Positions 34,600 to 44,725 of a stretch of 64,000 nt of DNA are shown one piece after another. This DNA comes from Escherichia coli. Lineage in GTDB: Bacteria; Pseudomonadota; Gammaproteobacteria; Enterobacterales; Enterobacteriaceae. A model generated the notes under the pieces. The model did no database searches. It saw nothing but the letters and a program-made list of their open reading frames with translations, and was not told the origin of the DNA. Position numbers and translations under genes: made by a program. Location of the stretch: assembly GCF_024223415.1 (NCBI RefSeq), contig NZ_CP100500.1, one strand, 5' to 3'. Numbering within the stretch: the first letter of the stretch is position 1; each line of letters starts with the position of its first letter.

Positions 34600-36137
34600 T
34601 GGCAATCACTAAATCAACTCCGGCACCATTAACCGGTGGGACGTTATGGTGCGTCACTATTGCATTGTCATTAGCGACGTTTATGCAAATGTTGGATTCC
34701 ACTATTTCTAACGTCGCAATACCGACAATATCTGGCTTTCTGGGAGCATCAACAGACGAAGGCACCTGGGTTATCACCTCGTTTGGCGTAGCAAATGCCA
34801 TTGCGATCCCTGTTACCGGCAGGCTGGCACAAAGAATAGGCGAATTAAGGTTATTTTTACTTTCAGTCACTTTTTTTTCGCTGTCTTCCTTAATGTGTAG
34901 TTTATCGACCAATCTTGATGTGCTGATATTTTTTAGAGTCGTTCAGGGATTAATGGCGGGGCCGTTAATTCCACTGTCACAGAGTTTATTATTAAGGAAT
35001 TATCCACCAGAAAAAAGAACATTTGCTCTGGCATTATGGTCTATGACCGTGATTATCGCTCCGATATGTGGGCCGATATTAGGCGGTTATATTTGTGATA
35101 ACTTTAGCTGGGGTTGGATATTTTTAATCAATGTCCCTATGGGGATTATCGTCCTGACATTATGCTTAACCTTACTTAAAGGAAGAGAAACTGAGACTTC
35201 ACCGGTCAAAATGAATCTACCAGGACTGACCCTGTTAGTGCTCGGTGTTGGTGGCTTGCAAATTATGCTTGATAAAGGGCGCGATCTGGATTGGTTCAAC
35301 TCGAGTACAATAATAATATTAACAGTAGTATCAGTTATTTCTCTGATCTCTTTAGTCATTTGGGAGTCGACCTCAGAGAACCCGATTCTTGATCTCAGTT
35401 TGTTTAAGTCCCGTAACTTCACCATTGGTATTGTGAGTATCACATGCGCGTATTTATTTTACTCTGGAGCGATAGTCCTTATGCCGCAGTTACTCCAGGA
35501 AACAATGGGGTATAATGCGATTTGGGCTGGGCTTGCTTATGCGCCCATCGGCATCATGCCGCTATTAATATCACCTTTGATAGGACGTTATGGCAACAAA
35601 ATTGATATGCGGTTGTTGGTGACATTTAGTTTTTTAATGTATGCGGTTTGCTATTACTGGCGTTCTGTGACATTTATGCCAACGATTGATTTTACAGGCA
35701 TCATTTTGCCACAGTTTTTTCAGGGATTCGCCGTCGCCTGTTTCTTTTTACCCTTAACAACGATTTCGTTTTCAGGTTTGCCAGATAATAAATTTGCCAA
35801 TGCCTCGAGTATGAGTAATTTTTTTCGTACCTTGTCAGGATCAGTTGGTACGTCGTTGACAATGACGCTGTGGGGACGCCGAGAATCATTACACCATAGT
35901 CAGTTGACAGCAACCATCGATCAATTTAACCCCGTGTTTAATTCATCGTCACAAATTATGGATAAATACTATGGTTCGCTTTCAGGGGTTCTTAATGAAA
36001 TTAATAATGAAATAACTCAGCAGTCACTTTCAATTTCTGCAAATGAGATTTTCCGTATGGCGGCTATTGCTTTTATCTTACTTACGGTATTGGTTTGGTT
36101 TGCGAAACCGCCGTTTACAGCGAAAGGTGTTGGGTGA
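34599..36137 (+). CDS. emrY: MFS (DHA2) multidrug efflux pump EmrY
   Basis: 512-aa 14-TM MFS ORF whose start overlaps the emrK stop. Confidence 0.9.
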   Translation: MAITKSTPAPLTGGTLWCVTIALSLATFMQMLDSTISNVAIPTISGFLGASTDEGTWVITSFGVANAIAIPVTGRLAQRIGELRLFLLSVTFFSLSSLMCSLSTNLDVLIFFRVVQGLMAGPLIPLSQSLLLRNYPPEKRTFALALWSMTVIIAPICGPILGGYICDNFSWGWIFLINVPMGIIVLTLCLTLLKGRETETSPVKMNLPGLTLLVLGVGGLQIMLDKGRDLDWFNSSTIIILTVVSVISLISLVIWESTSENPILDLSLFKSRNFTIGIVSITCAYLFYSGAIVLMPQLLQETMGYNAIWAGLAYAPIGIMPLLISPLIGRYGNKIDMRLLVTFSFLMYAVCYYWRSVTFMPTIDFTGIILPQFFQGFAVACFFLPLTTISFSGLPDNKFANASSMSNFFRTLSGSVGTSLTMTLWGRRESLHHSQLTATIDQFNPVFNSSSQIMDKYYGSLSGVLNEINNEITQQSLSISANEIFRMAAIAFILLTVLVWFAKPPFTAKGVG

Positions 36138-36245
36138 TGGTAAAAAGAGAGAGCTATAGCAGGTAAGACGGTAGAATCTTAAGCCTGCGCCATCGGCAGC
36201 ATCGCTCACCCAGGGAAAGGATGGCGATGCTGCATTGAAAATTAA

Positions 36246-37574
36246 TTAGCGGCCTTTTGCCAGATATTGCTCCATCTCTTCTTCCGGCACCATTCCACCT
36301 CCCGTCGCCCACACCAGATGAGTGGCATTACGCAGTTGTTCTGCGCTGAAACCGTGCATCTGTTGGTAACTTACTGATGCGCACACGCGCTGAGGCCCGG
36401 CCATACCCGCCAGTGCCGAAGGTTCAAGACGAATACCTTCTTCCTGCGTCAGCCAGCCAAGCATGTCATACATGGTTGGATCGCTAAGGGTATAGAAGCC
36501 ATCCAGCAGACGCTCCATTGCCCGCCCGACAAAGCCTGATGCGCGACCAACAGCAAGGCCATCCGCTGCGGTAAGGTTGTCGATACCAATATCCTGAACA
36601 GAGATCTGATCGTGTAATCCTGTATGGACGCCTAACAGCATACAAGGGGAGTGCGTTGGTTCGGCAAAAAAACAGTGAACATGATCGCCAAACGCCAGTT
36701 TAAGTCCGAATGCGACGCCACCAGGACCACCGCCAACACCACACGGCAGATAGACAAACAGAGGGTTATCAGCATCGACGATACGACCTTGCTCGGCAAA
36801 TTGCGCTTTAAGACGCTGGCCAGCGACGGAATACCCAAGGAACAACGTGCGGGAATTTTCGTCATCAATAAAGAAACAGTTCGGGTCAGACTGCGCTGCT
36901 TTACGTCCTTCCTCGACGGCAACACCATAATCTTGCTCATATTCCACGACCGTAACGCCATGGCTGCGCAGTTTCGCTTTTTTCCATGCCCGGGCATCAG
37001 CAGACATATGCACTGTCACCTTAAAGCCAATGCGGGCGCTCATAATGCCGATTGATAACCCCAGATTTCCGGTTGAGCCCACAGCAATGCTGTATTGGCT
37101 AAAGAACTGTTTAAACTCCGGAGAAAGCAGTTTGCTGTAGTCATCATCAAGCGTCAGCAACCCCGCTTCCAGAGCCAGTTTTTCTGCGTGTGCCAGGACT
37201 TCATAAATCCCGCCGCGTGCTTTTATGGAGCCGGAAATGGGCAAATGGCTATCTTTTTTCAGTAACAGTTGCCCGCTGATCGGTTGTTGATATTCCTTTT
37301 CCAGCCGTTTTTGCATAGCCGGAATGGCAACCAGTTCTGATTCAATAATCCCCCCAGTGGCAGCAGTTTCAGGAAATGCTTTTGCCAGATAGGGTGCAAA
37401 ACGGGATAAGCGCGCATGGGCGTCCTGAACATCCTGTTCGGTCAGGCCAACATAAGGTAAACCTTCAGCCAATGAGGTCGTGCCAGGATTAAACCAGGTG
37501 GTTTCTTTAAGAGCAACCAGATCCTTTACCAACGGATACTGGGCGATGAGCGAGTTCATTTTAGCGTTTTCCAT
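36246..37574 (-). CDS. dsdA: D-serine ammonia-lyase (D-serine dehydratase)
   Basis: 442-aa ORF starting [31 protein letters not shown], with the PLP-lysine region SGSIKARGG. Confidence 0.95.
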   Translation of the reverse strand: MENAKMNSLIAQYPLVKDLVALKETTWFNPGTTSLAEGLPYVGLTEQDVQDAHARLSRFAPYLAKAFPETAATGGIIESELVAIPAMQKRLEKEYQQPISGQLLLKKDSHLPISGSIKARGGIYEVLAHAEKLALEAGLLTLDDDYSKLLSPEFKQFFSQYSIAVGSTGNLGLSIGIMSARIGFKVTVHMSADARAWKKAKLRSHGVTVVEYEQDYGVAVEEGRKAAQSDPNCFFIDDENSRTLFLGYSVAGQRLKAQFAEQGRIVDADNPLFVYLPCGVGGGPGGVAFGLKLAFGDHVHCFFAEPTHSPCMLLGVHTGLHDQISVQDIGIDNLTAADGLAVGRASGFVGRAMERLLDGFYTLSDPTMYDMLGWLTQEEGIRLEPSALAGMAGPQRVCASVSYQQMHGFSAEQLRNATHLVWATGGGMVPEEEMEQYLAKGR

Positions 37575-37591
37575 AGTACGTCTCTTTGCGC

Positions 37592-37810
37592 TTAGATGAT
37601 AAATGACAGCAGGAATGTGCCCGCCAGAGCGACGACTGAAGCGATAAATGTCGCTGTCGTATAGTATTTAAATGTTTCATTGAGCGTAGCGCCGCAATAT
37701 TGCTTCACCAGCCAGAAAAGCGAGTCCGTAACGATCGTGCAGCCAATCGCGCCTGAACCGATAGCAATCGTAATAATTTCCGGGCTGATGTCGGGATACA
37801 GCGGCAGCAC
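37592..37810 (-). pseudogene. dsdX: 3' remnant of D-serine permease gene dsdX (C-terminal ~72 codons only)
   Basis: Short ORF encoding the GntP-family C-terminal TM segments ([56 protein letters not shown]) directly upstream of dsdA; no N-terminal coding sequence follows, only the cscR upstream region. Confidence 0.75.
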
Positions 37811-38040
37811 AATGATCCATATTTATATTTTCTTCTCCAGGTTGGCGATGCCAGTTGGCATGTTTTACTTACTTGCCTATATGGTTACTCGTTGGCGAGA
37901 ACAGAGGCGGAATTGGGGACAATTGTCCGGGAATTATTGTTATTTTTTATTGTATTGCCGTGTCAGGTGATAGGGCGTTGGATCTCGCCAGTGACGTCTG
38001 TTTCTGCTACAGTGCCCGTTTTACGGCAAACGGCTTGGAT

Positions 38041-39036
38041 ATGGCTTCATTAAAGGATGTCGCACGCCTGGCGGGAGTGTCGATGATGACAGTCTCCCGG
38101 GTGATGCATAATGCAGAATCTGTGCGTCCTGCAACGCGTGACCGCGTATTGCAGGCAATCCAGACCCTGAATTATGTTCCTGATCTTTCCGCCCGTAAGA
38201 TGCGCGCTCAAGGACGTAAGCCGTCGACTCTCGCCGTGCTGGCGCAGGACACTGCTACCACTCCTTTCTCTGTTGATATTCTGCTTGCCATTGAGCAAAC
38301 CGCCAGCGAGTTCGGCTGGAATAGTTTTTTAATCAATATTTTTTCTGAAGATGACGCTGCCCGCGCGGCACGTCAGCTGCTTGCTCACCGTCCGGATGGC
38401 ATTATCTATACTACAATGGGGCTGCGACATATCACGCTGCCTGAGTCTCTGTATGGTGAAAATATTGTATTGGCGAACTGTGTGGCGGATGACCCAGCGT
38501 TACCCAGTTATATCCCTGATGATTACACTGCACAATATGAATCAACACAGCATTTGCTCGCGGCGGGCTATCGTCAACCGTTATGCTTCTGGCTACCGGA
38601 AAGTGCGTTGGCAACAGGGTATCGTCGGCAGGGATTTGAGCAGGCCTGGCGTGATGCTGGACGAGATCTGGCTGAGGTGAAACAATTTCACATGGCAACA
38701 GGTGATGATCACTACACCGATCTCGCAAGTTTACTCAATGACCACTTCAAATCGGGCAAACCAGATTTTGATGTTCTGATATGTGGTAACGATCGCGCAG
38801 CCTTTGTGGCTTATCAGGTTCTCCTGGCGAAGGGGGTACGTATCCCGCAGGATGTCGCCGTAATGGGCTTTGATAATCTGGTTGGCGTCGGGCATCTGTT
38901 TTTACCGCCGCTGACCACAATTCAGCTTCCACATGACATTATCGGGCGGGAAGCTGCATTGCATATTATTGAAGGTCGTGAAGGGGGAAGTGTGACGCGG
39001 ATCCCTTGCCCGCTGTTGATCCGTTGTTCCACCTGA
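38041..39036 (+). CDS. cscR: LacI-family sucrose operon repressor CscR
   Basis: ORF 37855..39036; a 331-aa product from MASLKDVARLAGVSMMTVSRVMHN has a LacI-type HTH followed by a periplasmic-binding-protein-like domain. Confidence 0.85.
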   Translation: MASLKDVARLAGVSMMTVSRVMHNAESVRPATRDRVLQAIQTLNYVPDLSARKMRAQGRKPSTLAVLAQDTATTPFSVDILLAIEQTASEFGWNSFLINIFSEDDAARAARQLLAHRPDGIIYTTMGLRHITLPESLYGENIVLANCVADDPALPSYIPDDYTAQYESTQHLLAAGYRQPLCFWLPESALATGYRRQGFEQAWRDAGRDLAEVKQFHMATGDDHYTDLASLLNDHFKSGKPDFDVLICGNDRAAFVAYQVLLAKGVRIPQDVAVMGFDNLVGVGHLFLPPLTTIQLPHDIIGREAALHIIEGREGGSVTRIPCPLLIRCST

Positions 39037-39043
39037 TATTATG

Positions 39044-40486
39044 CTAACCCAGTTGCCAGAGTGCTCCATGTTGCACCACAGCCACTCCGTGGGAGGCATA
39101 AAGCGACAGTTCCCGTTCTTCTGGCTGCGGATAGATTCGACTACTCATCACCGCTTCCCCGTCGTTAATAAATACTTCCACGGATGATGTATCGATAAAT
39201 ATCCTTAGGGCGAGCGTCTCACCCTGCGGGAGGAGAATACTACGGTAGCCGTCTAAATTCTCGTGTGGGTAATACCGCCACAAAACAAGTCGCTCAGATT
39301 GGTTATCAATATACAGCCGCATTCCTGTGCCGAGCTGTAATCCGTAATGTTCGGCATCACTGTTCTTCAGCGCCCACTGCAACTGAATCTCAACTGCTTG
39401 CGCGTTTTCCTGCAAAACATATTTATTGCTGATTGTGCGGGGAGAGATAGATTGATGCTGCTGGCGTAACGACTCAGCTTCGTGTACCGGGCGTTGTAGA
39501 AGTTTGCCATTGCTCTCTGATAGCTCGCGCGCCAGCGTCATGCAGCCTGCCCAGCCTTCACGTTTTGAGGGCATTGGCGATTCCCACATATCCATCCAGC
39601 CGATAACAATACGCCGACCATCCTTCGCTACAAAGCTTTGTGGTGCATAAAAGTCATGCCCGTTATCAAGTTCAGTAAAATGCCCGGATTGTGCAAAAAG
39701 TCGTCCTGGCGACCACATTTCGGGTATTACGCCACTTTGAAAGCGATTTCGGTAACTGTATCCCTCGGCCTTCATTCCCTGCGGGGAAAACATCAGATAA
39801 TGCTGATCGCCAAGGCTGAAAAAGTCCGGACATTCCCACATATAGCTTTCACCCGCATCAGCGTGGGCCAGTACGCGATCGAAAGTCCATTCACGTAATG
39901 AACTGCCGCGATAAAGCAGGATCTGCCCCGTGTTGCCTGGGTCTTTCGCCCCGACTACCATCCACCATGAGTCGGCTTCACGCCACACTTTAGGATCGCG
40001 GAAGTGCATGATTCCTTCTGGTGGAGTGAGGATCACACCCTGTTTCTCGAAATGAATACCATCCCGACTGGTAGCCAGACATTGTACTTCGCGAATTGCA
40101 TCGTCATTACCTGCACCATCGAGCCAGACGTGTCCGGTGTAGATAAGTGAGAGGACACCATTGTCATCGACAGCACTACCTGAAAAACACCCGTCTTTGT
40201 CATTCTCGTCTCCTGGCGCTAGCGCAATAGGCTCATGCTGCCAGTGGATCATATCGTCGCTGGTGGCATGTCCCCAGTGCATTGGCCCCCAGTGTTCGCT
40301 CATCGGGTGATGTTGATAAAACGCGTGATAACGATTGTTAAACCAGATCAGGCCGTTTGGATCGTTCATCCACCCGGCAGGAGGCGCGAGGTGAAAATGG
40401 GGATAGAAAGTGTTACCTCGGCGCTCGTGAAGTTTTGCTAGTGCGTTTTGCGCCGCATGCAATCGAGATTGCGTCATTTTTATCAT
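39044..40486 (-). CDS. cscA: Sucrose-6-phosphate hydrolase / invertase CscA (GH32)
   Basis: 480-aa ORF with GH32 motifs (WMNDPNG, FRDP, EC); the true start may be Met-4 (MTQSRLHAAQ) at 40477. Confidence 0.9.
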   Translation of the reverse strand: MIKMTQSRLHAAQNALAKLHERRGNTFYPHFHLAPPAGWMNDPNGLIWFNNRYHAFYQHHPMSEHWGPMHWGHATSDDMIHWQHEPIALAPGDENDKDGCFSGSAVDDNGVLSLIYTGHVWLDGAGNDDAIREVQCLATSRDGIHFEKQGVILTPPEGIMHFRDPKVWREADSWWMVVGAKDPGNTGQILLYRGSSLREWTFDRVLAHADAGESYMWECPDFFSLGDQHYLMFSPQGMKAEGYSYRNRFQSGVIPEMWSPGRLFAQSGHFTELDNGHDFYAPQSFVAKDGRRIVIGWMDMWESPMPSKREGWAGCMTLARELSESNGKLLQRPVHEAESLRQQHQSISPRTISNKYVLQENAQAVEIQLQWALKNSDAEHYGLQLGTGMRLYIDNQSERLVLWRYYPHENLDGYRSILLPQGETLALRIFIDTSSVEVFINDGEAVMSSRIYPQPEERELSLYASHGVAVVQHGALWQLG

Positions 40487-40510
40487 CCTGGTTAAGCAAA
40501 TTTGGTGAAT

Positions 40511-40524
40511 TGTTAACGTTAACT
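40511..40524. promoter_or_regulatory. Candidate CscR operator (copy 1) in the cscA-cscK divergent promoter region
   Basis: TGTTAACGTTAACT, with palindromic core GTTAACGTTAAC; an identical copy lies 64 nt away. Confidence 0.45.
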
Positions 40525-40574
40525 TTAATAAAAATAAAGTCCCTTACTTTCATAAATGCGATGAATATCACAAA

Positions 40575-40588
40575 TGTTAACGTTAACT
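40575..40588. promoter_or_regulatory. Candidate CscR operator (copy 2)
   Basis: Second exact copy of TGTTAACGTTAACT. A CRP-like half-site TGTGATCGAATATGCA follows at about 40598..40613. Confidence 0.45.
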
Positions 40589-40692
40589 ATGACATTTTGT
40601 GATCGAATATGCATGTTTTAGTTAATCCATGACGATTTTGCGAAAAAGAGGTTTATCACTATGCGTAAGTCAGATGAATTTAAGGGAAAAAA

Positions 40693-41607
40693 ATGTCAGC
40701 CAAAGTATGGGTTTTAGGGGATGCGGTAGTAGATCTCTTGCCAGAATCAGACGGGCGCCTACTGCCTTGTCCTGGCGGCGCGCCAGCTAACGTTGCGGTG
40801 GGAATCGCCAGATTAGGCGGAATAAGTGGGTTTATAGGTCGGGTCGGTGATGATCCTTTTGGTGCATTAATGCAAAGAACGCTGCTAACTGAGGGAGTCG
40901 ATATCACGTATCTGAAGCAAGATGAATGGCACCGGACATCCACGGTGCTTGTCGATCTGAACGATCAAGGGGAACGTTCATTTACGTTTATGGTCCGCCC
41001 CAGTGCCGATCTTTTTTTAGAGACGACAGACTTGCCCTGCTGGCGACATGGCGAATGGTTACATCTCTGTTCAATTGCGTTGTCTGCCGAGCCTTCGCGT
41101 ACCAGCGCATTTACTGCGATGACGGCGATCCGGCATGCCGGAGGTTTTGTCAGCTTCGATCCCAATATTCGTGAAGATCTATGGCAAGACGAGCATTTGC
41201 TCCGCTTGTGTTTGCGGCAGGCGCTACAACTGGCGGATGTCGTCAAGCTCTCGGAAGAAGAATGGCGACTTATCAGTGGAAAAACACAGAACGATCGGGA
41301 TATATGCGCCCTGGCAAAAGAGTATGAGATCGCCATGCTGTTGGTGACTAAAGGTGCAGAAGGGGTGGTGGTCTGTTATCGAGGACAAGTTCACCATTTT
41401 GCTGGAATGTCTGTGAATTGTGTTGATAGCACGGGGGCGGGAGATGCGTTCGTTGCCGGGTTACTCACAGGTCTGTCCTCTACGGGATTATCTACAGATG
41501 AGAGAGAAATGCGACGAATTATCGATCTCGCTCAACGTTGCGGAGCGCTTGCAGTAACAGCGAAAGGGGCAATGACAGCGCTGCCATGTCGACAAGAACT
41601 GGAATAG
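40693..41607 (+). CDS. cscK: Fructokinase CscK (PfkB/ribokinase family)
   Basis: 304-aa ORF with PfkB-family motifs (N-terminal GDAVVD, C-terminal DSTGAGDAF). Confidence 0.9.
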   Translation: MSAKVWVLGDAVVDLLPESDGRLLPCPGGAPANVAVGIARLGGISGFIGRVGDDPFGALMQRTLLTEGVDITYLKQDEWHRTSTVLVDLNDQGERSFTFMVRPSADLFLETTDLPCWRHGEWLHLCSIALSAEPSRTSAFTAMTAIRHAGGFVSFDPNIREDLWQDEHLLRLCLRQALQLADVVKLSEEEWRLISGKTQNDRDICALAKEYEIAMLLVTKGAEGVVVCYRGQVHHFAGMSVNCVDSTGAGDAFVAGLLTGLSSTGLSTDEREMRRIIDLAQRCGALAVTAKGAMTALPCRQELE

Positions 41608-41678
41608 TGAGAAGTAAACGGCGAAGTCGCTCTTATCTCTAAATAGGACGTGAATTTTTTAACGACAGGCAGGTAATT

Positions 41679-42926
41679 ATGGCACTGAATATTCCATTCA
41701 GAAATGCGTACTATCGTTTTGCATCCAGTTACTCATTTCTCTTTTTTATTTCCTGGTCGCTGTGGTGGTCGTTATACGCTATTTGGCTGAAAGGACATCT
41801 AGGGTTGACAGGGACGGAATTAGGTACACTTTATTCGGTCAACCAGTTTACCAGCATTCTATTTATGATGTTCTACGGCATCGTTCAGGATAAACTCGGT
41901 CTGAAGAAACCGCTCATCTGGTGTATGAGTTTCATCCTGGTCTTGACCGGACCGTTTATGATTTACGTTTATGAACCGTTACTGCAAAGCAATTTTTCTG
42001 TAGGTCTAATTCTGGGGGCGCTCTTTTTTGGCCTGGGGTATCTGGCGGGATGCGGTTTGCTTGACAGCTTCACCGAAAAAATGGCGCGAAATTTTCATTT
42101 CGAATATGGAACAGCGCGCGCCTGGGGATCTTTTGGCTATGCTATTGGCGCGTTCTTTGCCGGCATATTTTTTAGTATCAGTCCCCATATCAACTTCTGG
42201 TTGGTCTCGCTATTTGGCGCTGTATTTATGATGATCAACATGTGTTTTAAAGATAAGGATCACCAGTGCGTAGCGGCGGATGCGGGAGGGGTAAAAAAAG
42301 AGGATTTTATCGCAGTTTTCAAGGATCGAAACTTCTGGGTTTTCGTCATATTTATTGTTGGGACGTGGTCTTTCTATAACATTTTTGATCAACAACTTTT
42401 TCCTGTTTTTTATGCAGGTTTATTCGAATCACACGATGTAGGAACGCGCCTGTATGGTTATCTCAACTCATTCCAGGTGGTACTCGAAGCGCTGTGCATG
42501 GCGATTATTCCTTTCTTTGTGAATCGGATAGGGCCAAAAAATGCATTACTTATCGGTGTTGTGATTATGGCGTTGCGTATCCTTTCCTGCGCGCTGTTCG
42601 TTAACCCCTGGATTATTTCATTAGTGAAGCTGTTACATGCCATTGAGGTTCCACTTTGTGTCATATCCGTCTTCAAATACAGCGTGGCAAACTTTGATAA
42701 GCGCCTGTCGTCGACGATCTTTCTGATTGGTTTTCAAATTGCCAGTTCGCTTGGGATTGTGCTGCTTTCAACGCCGACTGGGATACTCTTTGACCACGCA
42801 GGCTACCAGACAGTTTTCTTCGCAATTTCGGGTATTGTCTGCCTGATGTTGCTATTTGGCATTTTCTTCCTGAGTAAAAAACGCGAGCAAATAGTTATGG
42901 AAACGCCTGTACCTTCAGCAATATAG
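41679..42926 (+). CDS. cscB: Sucrose:H+ symporter CscB (MFS oligosaccharide:H+ symporter family)
   Basis: 415-aa 12-TM ORF starting MALNIPFRNAYYRFASSYSFLFFISWSLWWSLYAIWL, LacY-like. Confidence 0.9.
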   Translation: MALNIPFRNAYYRFASSYSFLFFISWSLWWSLYAIWLKGHLGLTGTELGTLYSVNQFTSILFMMFYGIVQDKLGLKKPLIWCMSFILVLTGPFMIYVYEPLLQSNFSVGLILGALFFGLGYLAGCGLLDSFTEKMARNFHFEYGTARAWGSFGYAIGAFFAGIFFSISPHINFWLVSLFGAVFMMINMCFKDKDHQCVAADAGGVKKEDFIAVFKDRNFWVFVIFIVGTWSFYNIFDQQLFPVFYAGLFESHDVGTRLYGYLNSFQVVLEALCMAIIPFFVNRIGPKNALLIGVVIMALRILSCALFVNPWIISLVKLLHAIEVPLCVISVFKYSVANFDKRLSSTIFLIGFQIASSLGIVLLSTPTGILFDHAGYQTVFFAISGIVCLMLLFGIFFLSKKREQIVMETPVPSAI

Positions 42927-43349
42927 ACGTAAACTTTTTCCGGTCGTTGTCGATATCTCCATATCCTTCAATCGGAAAATAATAATACTAAAATGCTTAG
43001 CCCTGCTAATAATCACCTATGTTCTGGTACAGTCGCTCAAATGTACTCCGGATACACGGTTCGCTGATTTCCAGGACATTGTCGTCATTCAGCGACCTGT
43101 CCCGTGTATCACGGGCCTGCAAATTCATCAAGGAATGCATTGCGGAGTGAAGTATCGAGTCACGCCGTATTTCGCTATCAGGATTCTGTGTGATGGTTAC
43201 ATCGCCCGGCCCAGGGCTGTTTAGTCATCAGCGCTTTCTGACAGTGCTGAGATTTCAACCTGTTGCAGTAAAAATGAGTAGATATAGGGCAAGTGTGCTG
43301 CCAAACCCATCTTTTATGGGGTGAAGGTAGATTTCGTTTGAAGGGTATC

Positions 43350-43424
43350 TGGTGTCCCCTGCAGGAATCGAACCTGCAATTAGCCCTTAGGAGGGGCTCG
43401 TTATATCCATTTAACTAAGAGGAC
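43350..43424 (-). tRNA. argW: tRNA-Arg (anticodon CCU)
   Basis: Reverse complement reads GTCCTCTTAGTTAAATGGATATAACGAGCCCCTCCTAAGGGCTAATTGCAGGTTCGATTCCTGCAGGGGACACCA, with the anticodon loop CT-CCT-AA; its 3' end faces cscB. Confidence 0.9.
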
Positions 43425-43499
43425 AATGCGGCATGAGTATACCCGCTAATGGACTGCGGGGTAAGTACGCTGCCGCTCGATTGCTTAAACCCTCGCCAT

Positions 43500-44432
43500 T
43501 TATGCCGGGTTTTTATCATTTTTCTTAATGTTTTCCGCACGTTCTGCTTTTTGGCGTGCTTCTGCTTTGCGCTTGTTGCTCATGTCGTTACGGATCTGTG
43601 CATGACTCATTAACGCGAAGATAAAGGTGCCGCCGCAGATGTTCCCCGCTAAAGTAGGTAGTGCGAAGGGCCAGATGAAATCGCTCCAGTGCAGCGTACC
43701 GTTAAACACCAGATAGAGGATTTCTACAGAACCGACAACGATGTGAGTGGTGTCACCCAGGGCAATAAGCCAGGTCATCAATATAATCACCACAATCTTT
43801 GCCGCACCCGCTGCAGGAAACATCCATACCATAGTGGCGATCAGCCAGCCGGAAATGATCGCGTTGGCAAACATCTCGCTGGGGGTGTTCTTCATCACAT
43901 CCATGCCGATTTTGACAAATGCATCGCGAGTTTCTTCATTGAAGATTGGCATATATTCAAATGCCCACGCCGCAATACCTGTCCCGAGAATATTACCCAG
44001 CAGCACGACGCCCCATAACCGCATAAGTAAGCCAACGTTGCTCATTGTCGGTTTTTGCATGACGGGTAGTACCGCAGTCACGGTGTTTTCGGTAAATAAT
44101 TGCTGGCGGGCCATAATGACGATAATAAAACCAAAGGTATAACCGAGATTCTCCAGCAAGAAGCTGCCCGGCACACCTTCCAGTTCGACATGAAATATCC
44201 CTTTTGCCAGTAATGAAGCGCCCATCGACAGACCCGCCGCAATGGCTGACCACAGTAGTGCCATTGCGTCGCGTTCCAGCTCTTTTTCACCATCCTGGCG
44301 GATATGCTCATGAATTGCCATCGCCCGGGAGGGGAGTCGATCTTCATCTATTTCTATTTTTTTGCCACGCTCTTTTTCTTCGCTCTCAACTTCAATTTCG
44401 TCGCTGTGTTGATCAATTTTGTCGTTGTCCAT
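43500..44432 (-). CDS. yfdC: Formate/nitrite transporter-family inner membrane protein YfdC
   Basis: ORF 43500..44549; a 310-aa product from internal Met MDNDKIDQHSDEIE, a polytopic FNT-like membrane protein. Confidence 0.8.
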   Translation of the reverse strand: MDNDKIDQHSDEIEVESEEKERGKKIEIDEDRLPSRAMAIHEHIRQDGEKELERDAMALLWSAIAAGLSMGASLLAKGIFHVELEGVPGSFLLENLGYTFGFIIVIMARQQLFTENTVTAVLPVMQKPTMSNVGLLMRLWGVVLLGNILGTGIAAWAFEYMPIFNEETRDAFVKIGMDVMKNTPSEMFANAIISGWLIATMVWMFPAAGAAKIVVIILMTWLIALGDTTHIVVGSVEILYLVFNGTLHWSDFIWPFALPTLAGNICGGTFIFALMSHAQIRNDMSNKRKAEARQKAERAENIKKNDKNPA

Positions 44433-44725
44433 GGTCTCTTCTCTTGAATTAGCACGTATAGCTAAAGCGTAGCGGCTTTTTTGCTCGCAACTGGCGGGAG
44501 TTACTCTGAAAATGTAGAAAAGGCCGCGTTTGCCTTTTTCTGTTTCCATAGAATCAAGTAGCCTACAGGGCGGCGATTACCAGGCTATGATCAAATCAGC
44601 AAATCAGGGCGTCTGGACATCAGTTGACGTGCTGTTACAATCGCCCACACCTAAACAGGCGGATACGGTATCGTTCCGTCATGGATGGCAAACTGCATAA
44701 GCCATAAAAAAACAGGGAGACATTT

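Noticed and set aside
43425-43500. Possible integrase or prophage immediately flanking argW
   Set aside because: The next gene on that side is core gene yfdC and the other side is cscB; no integrase-like ORF on either strand.
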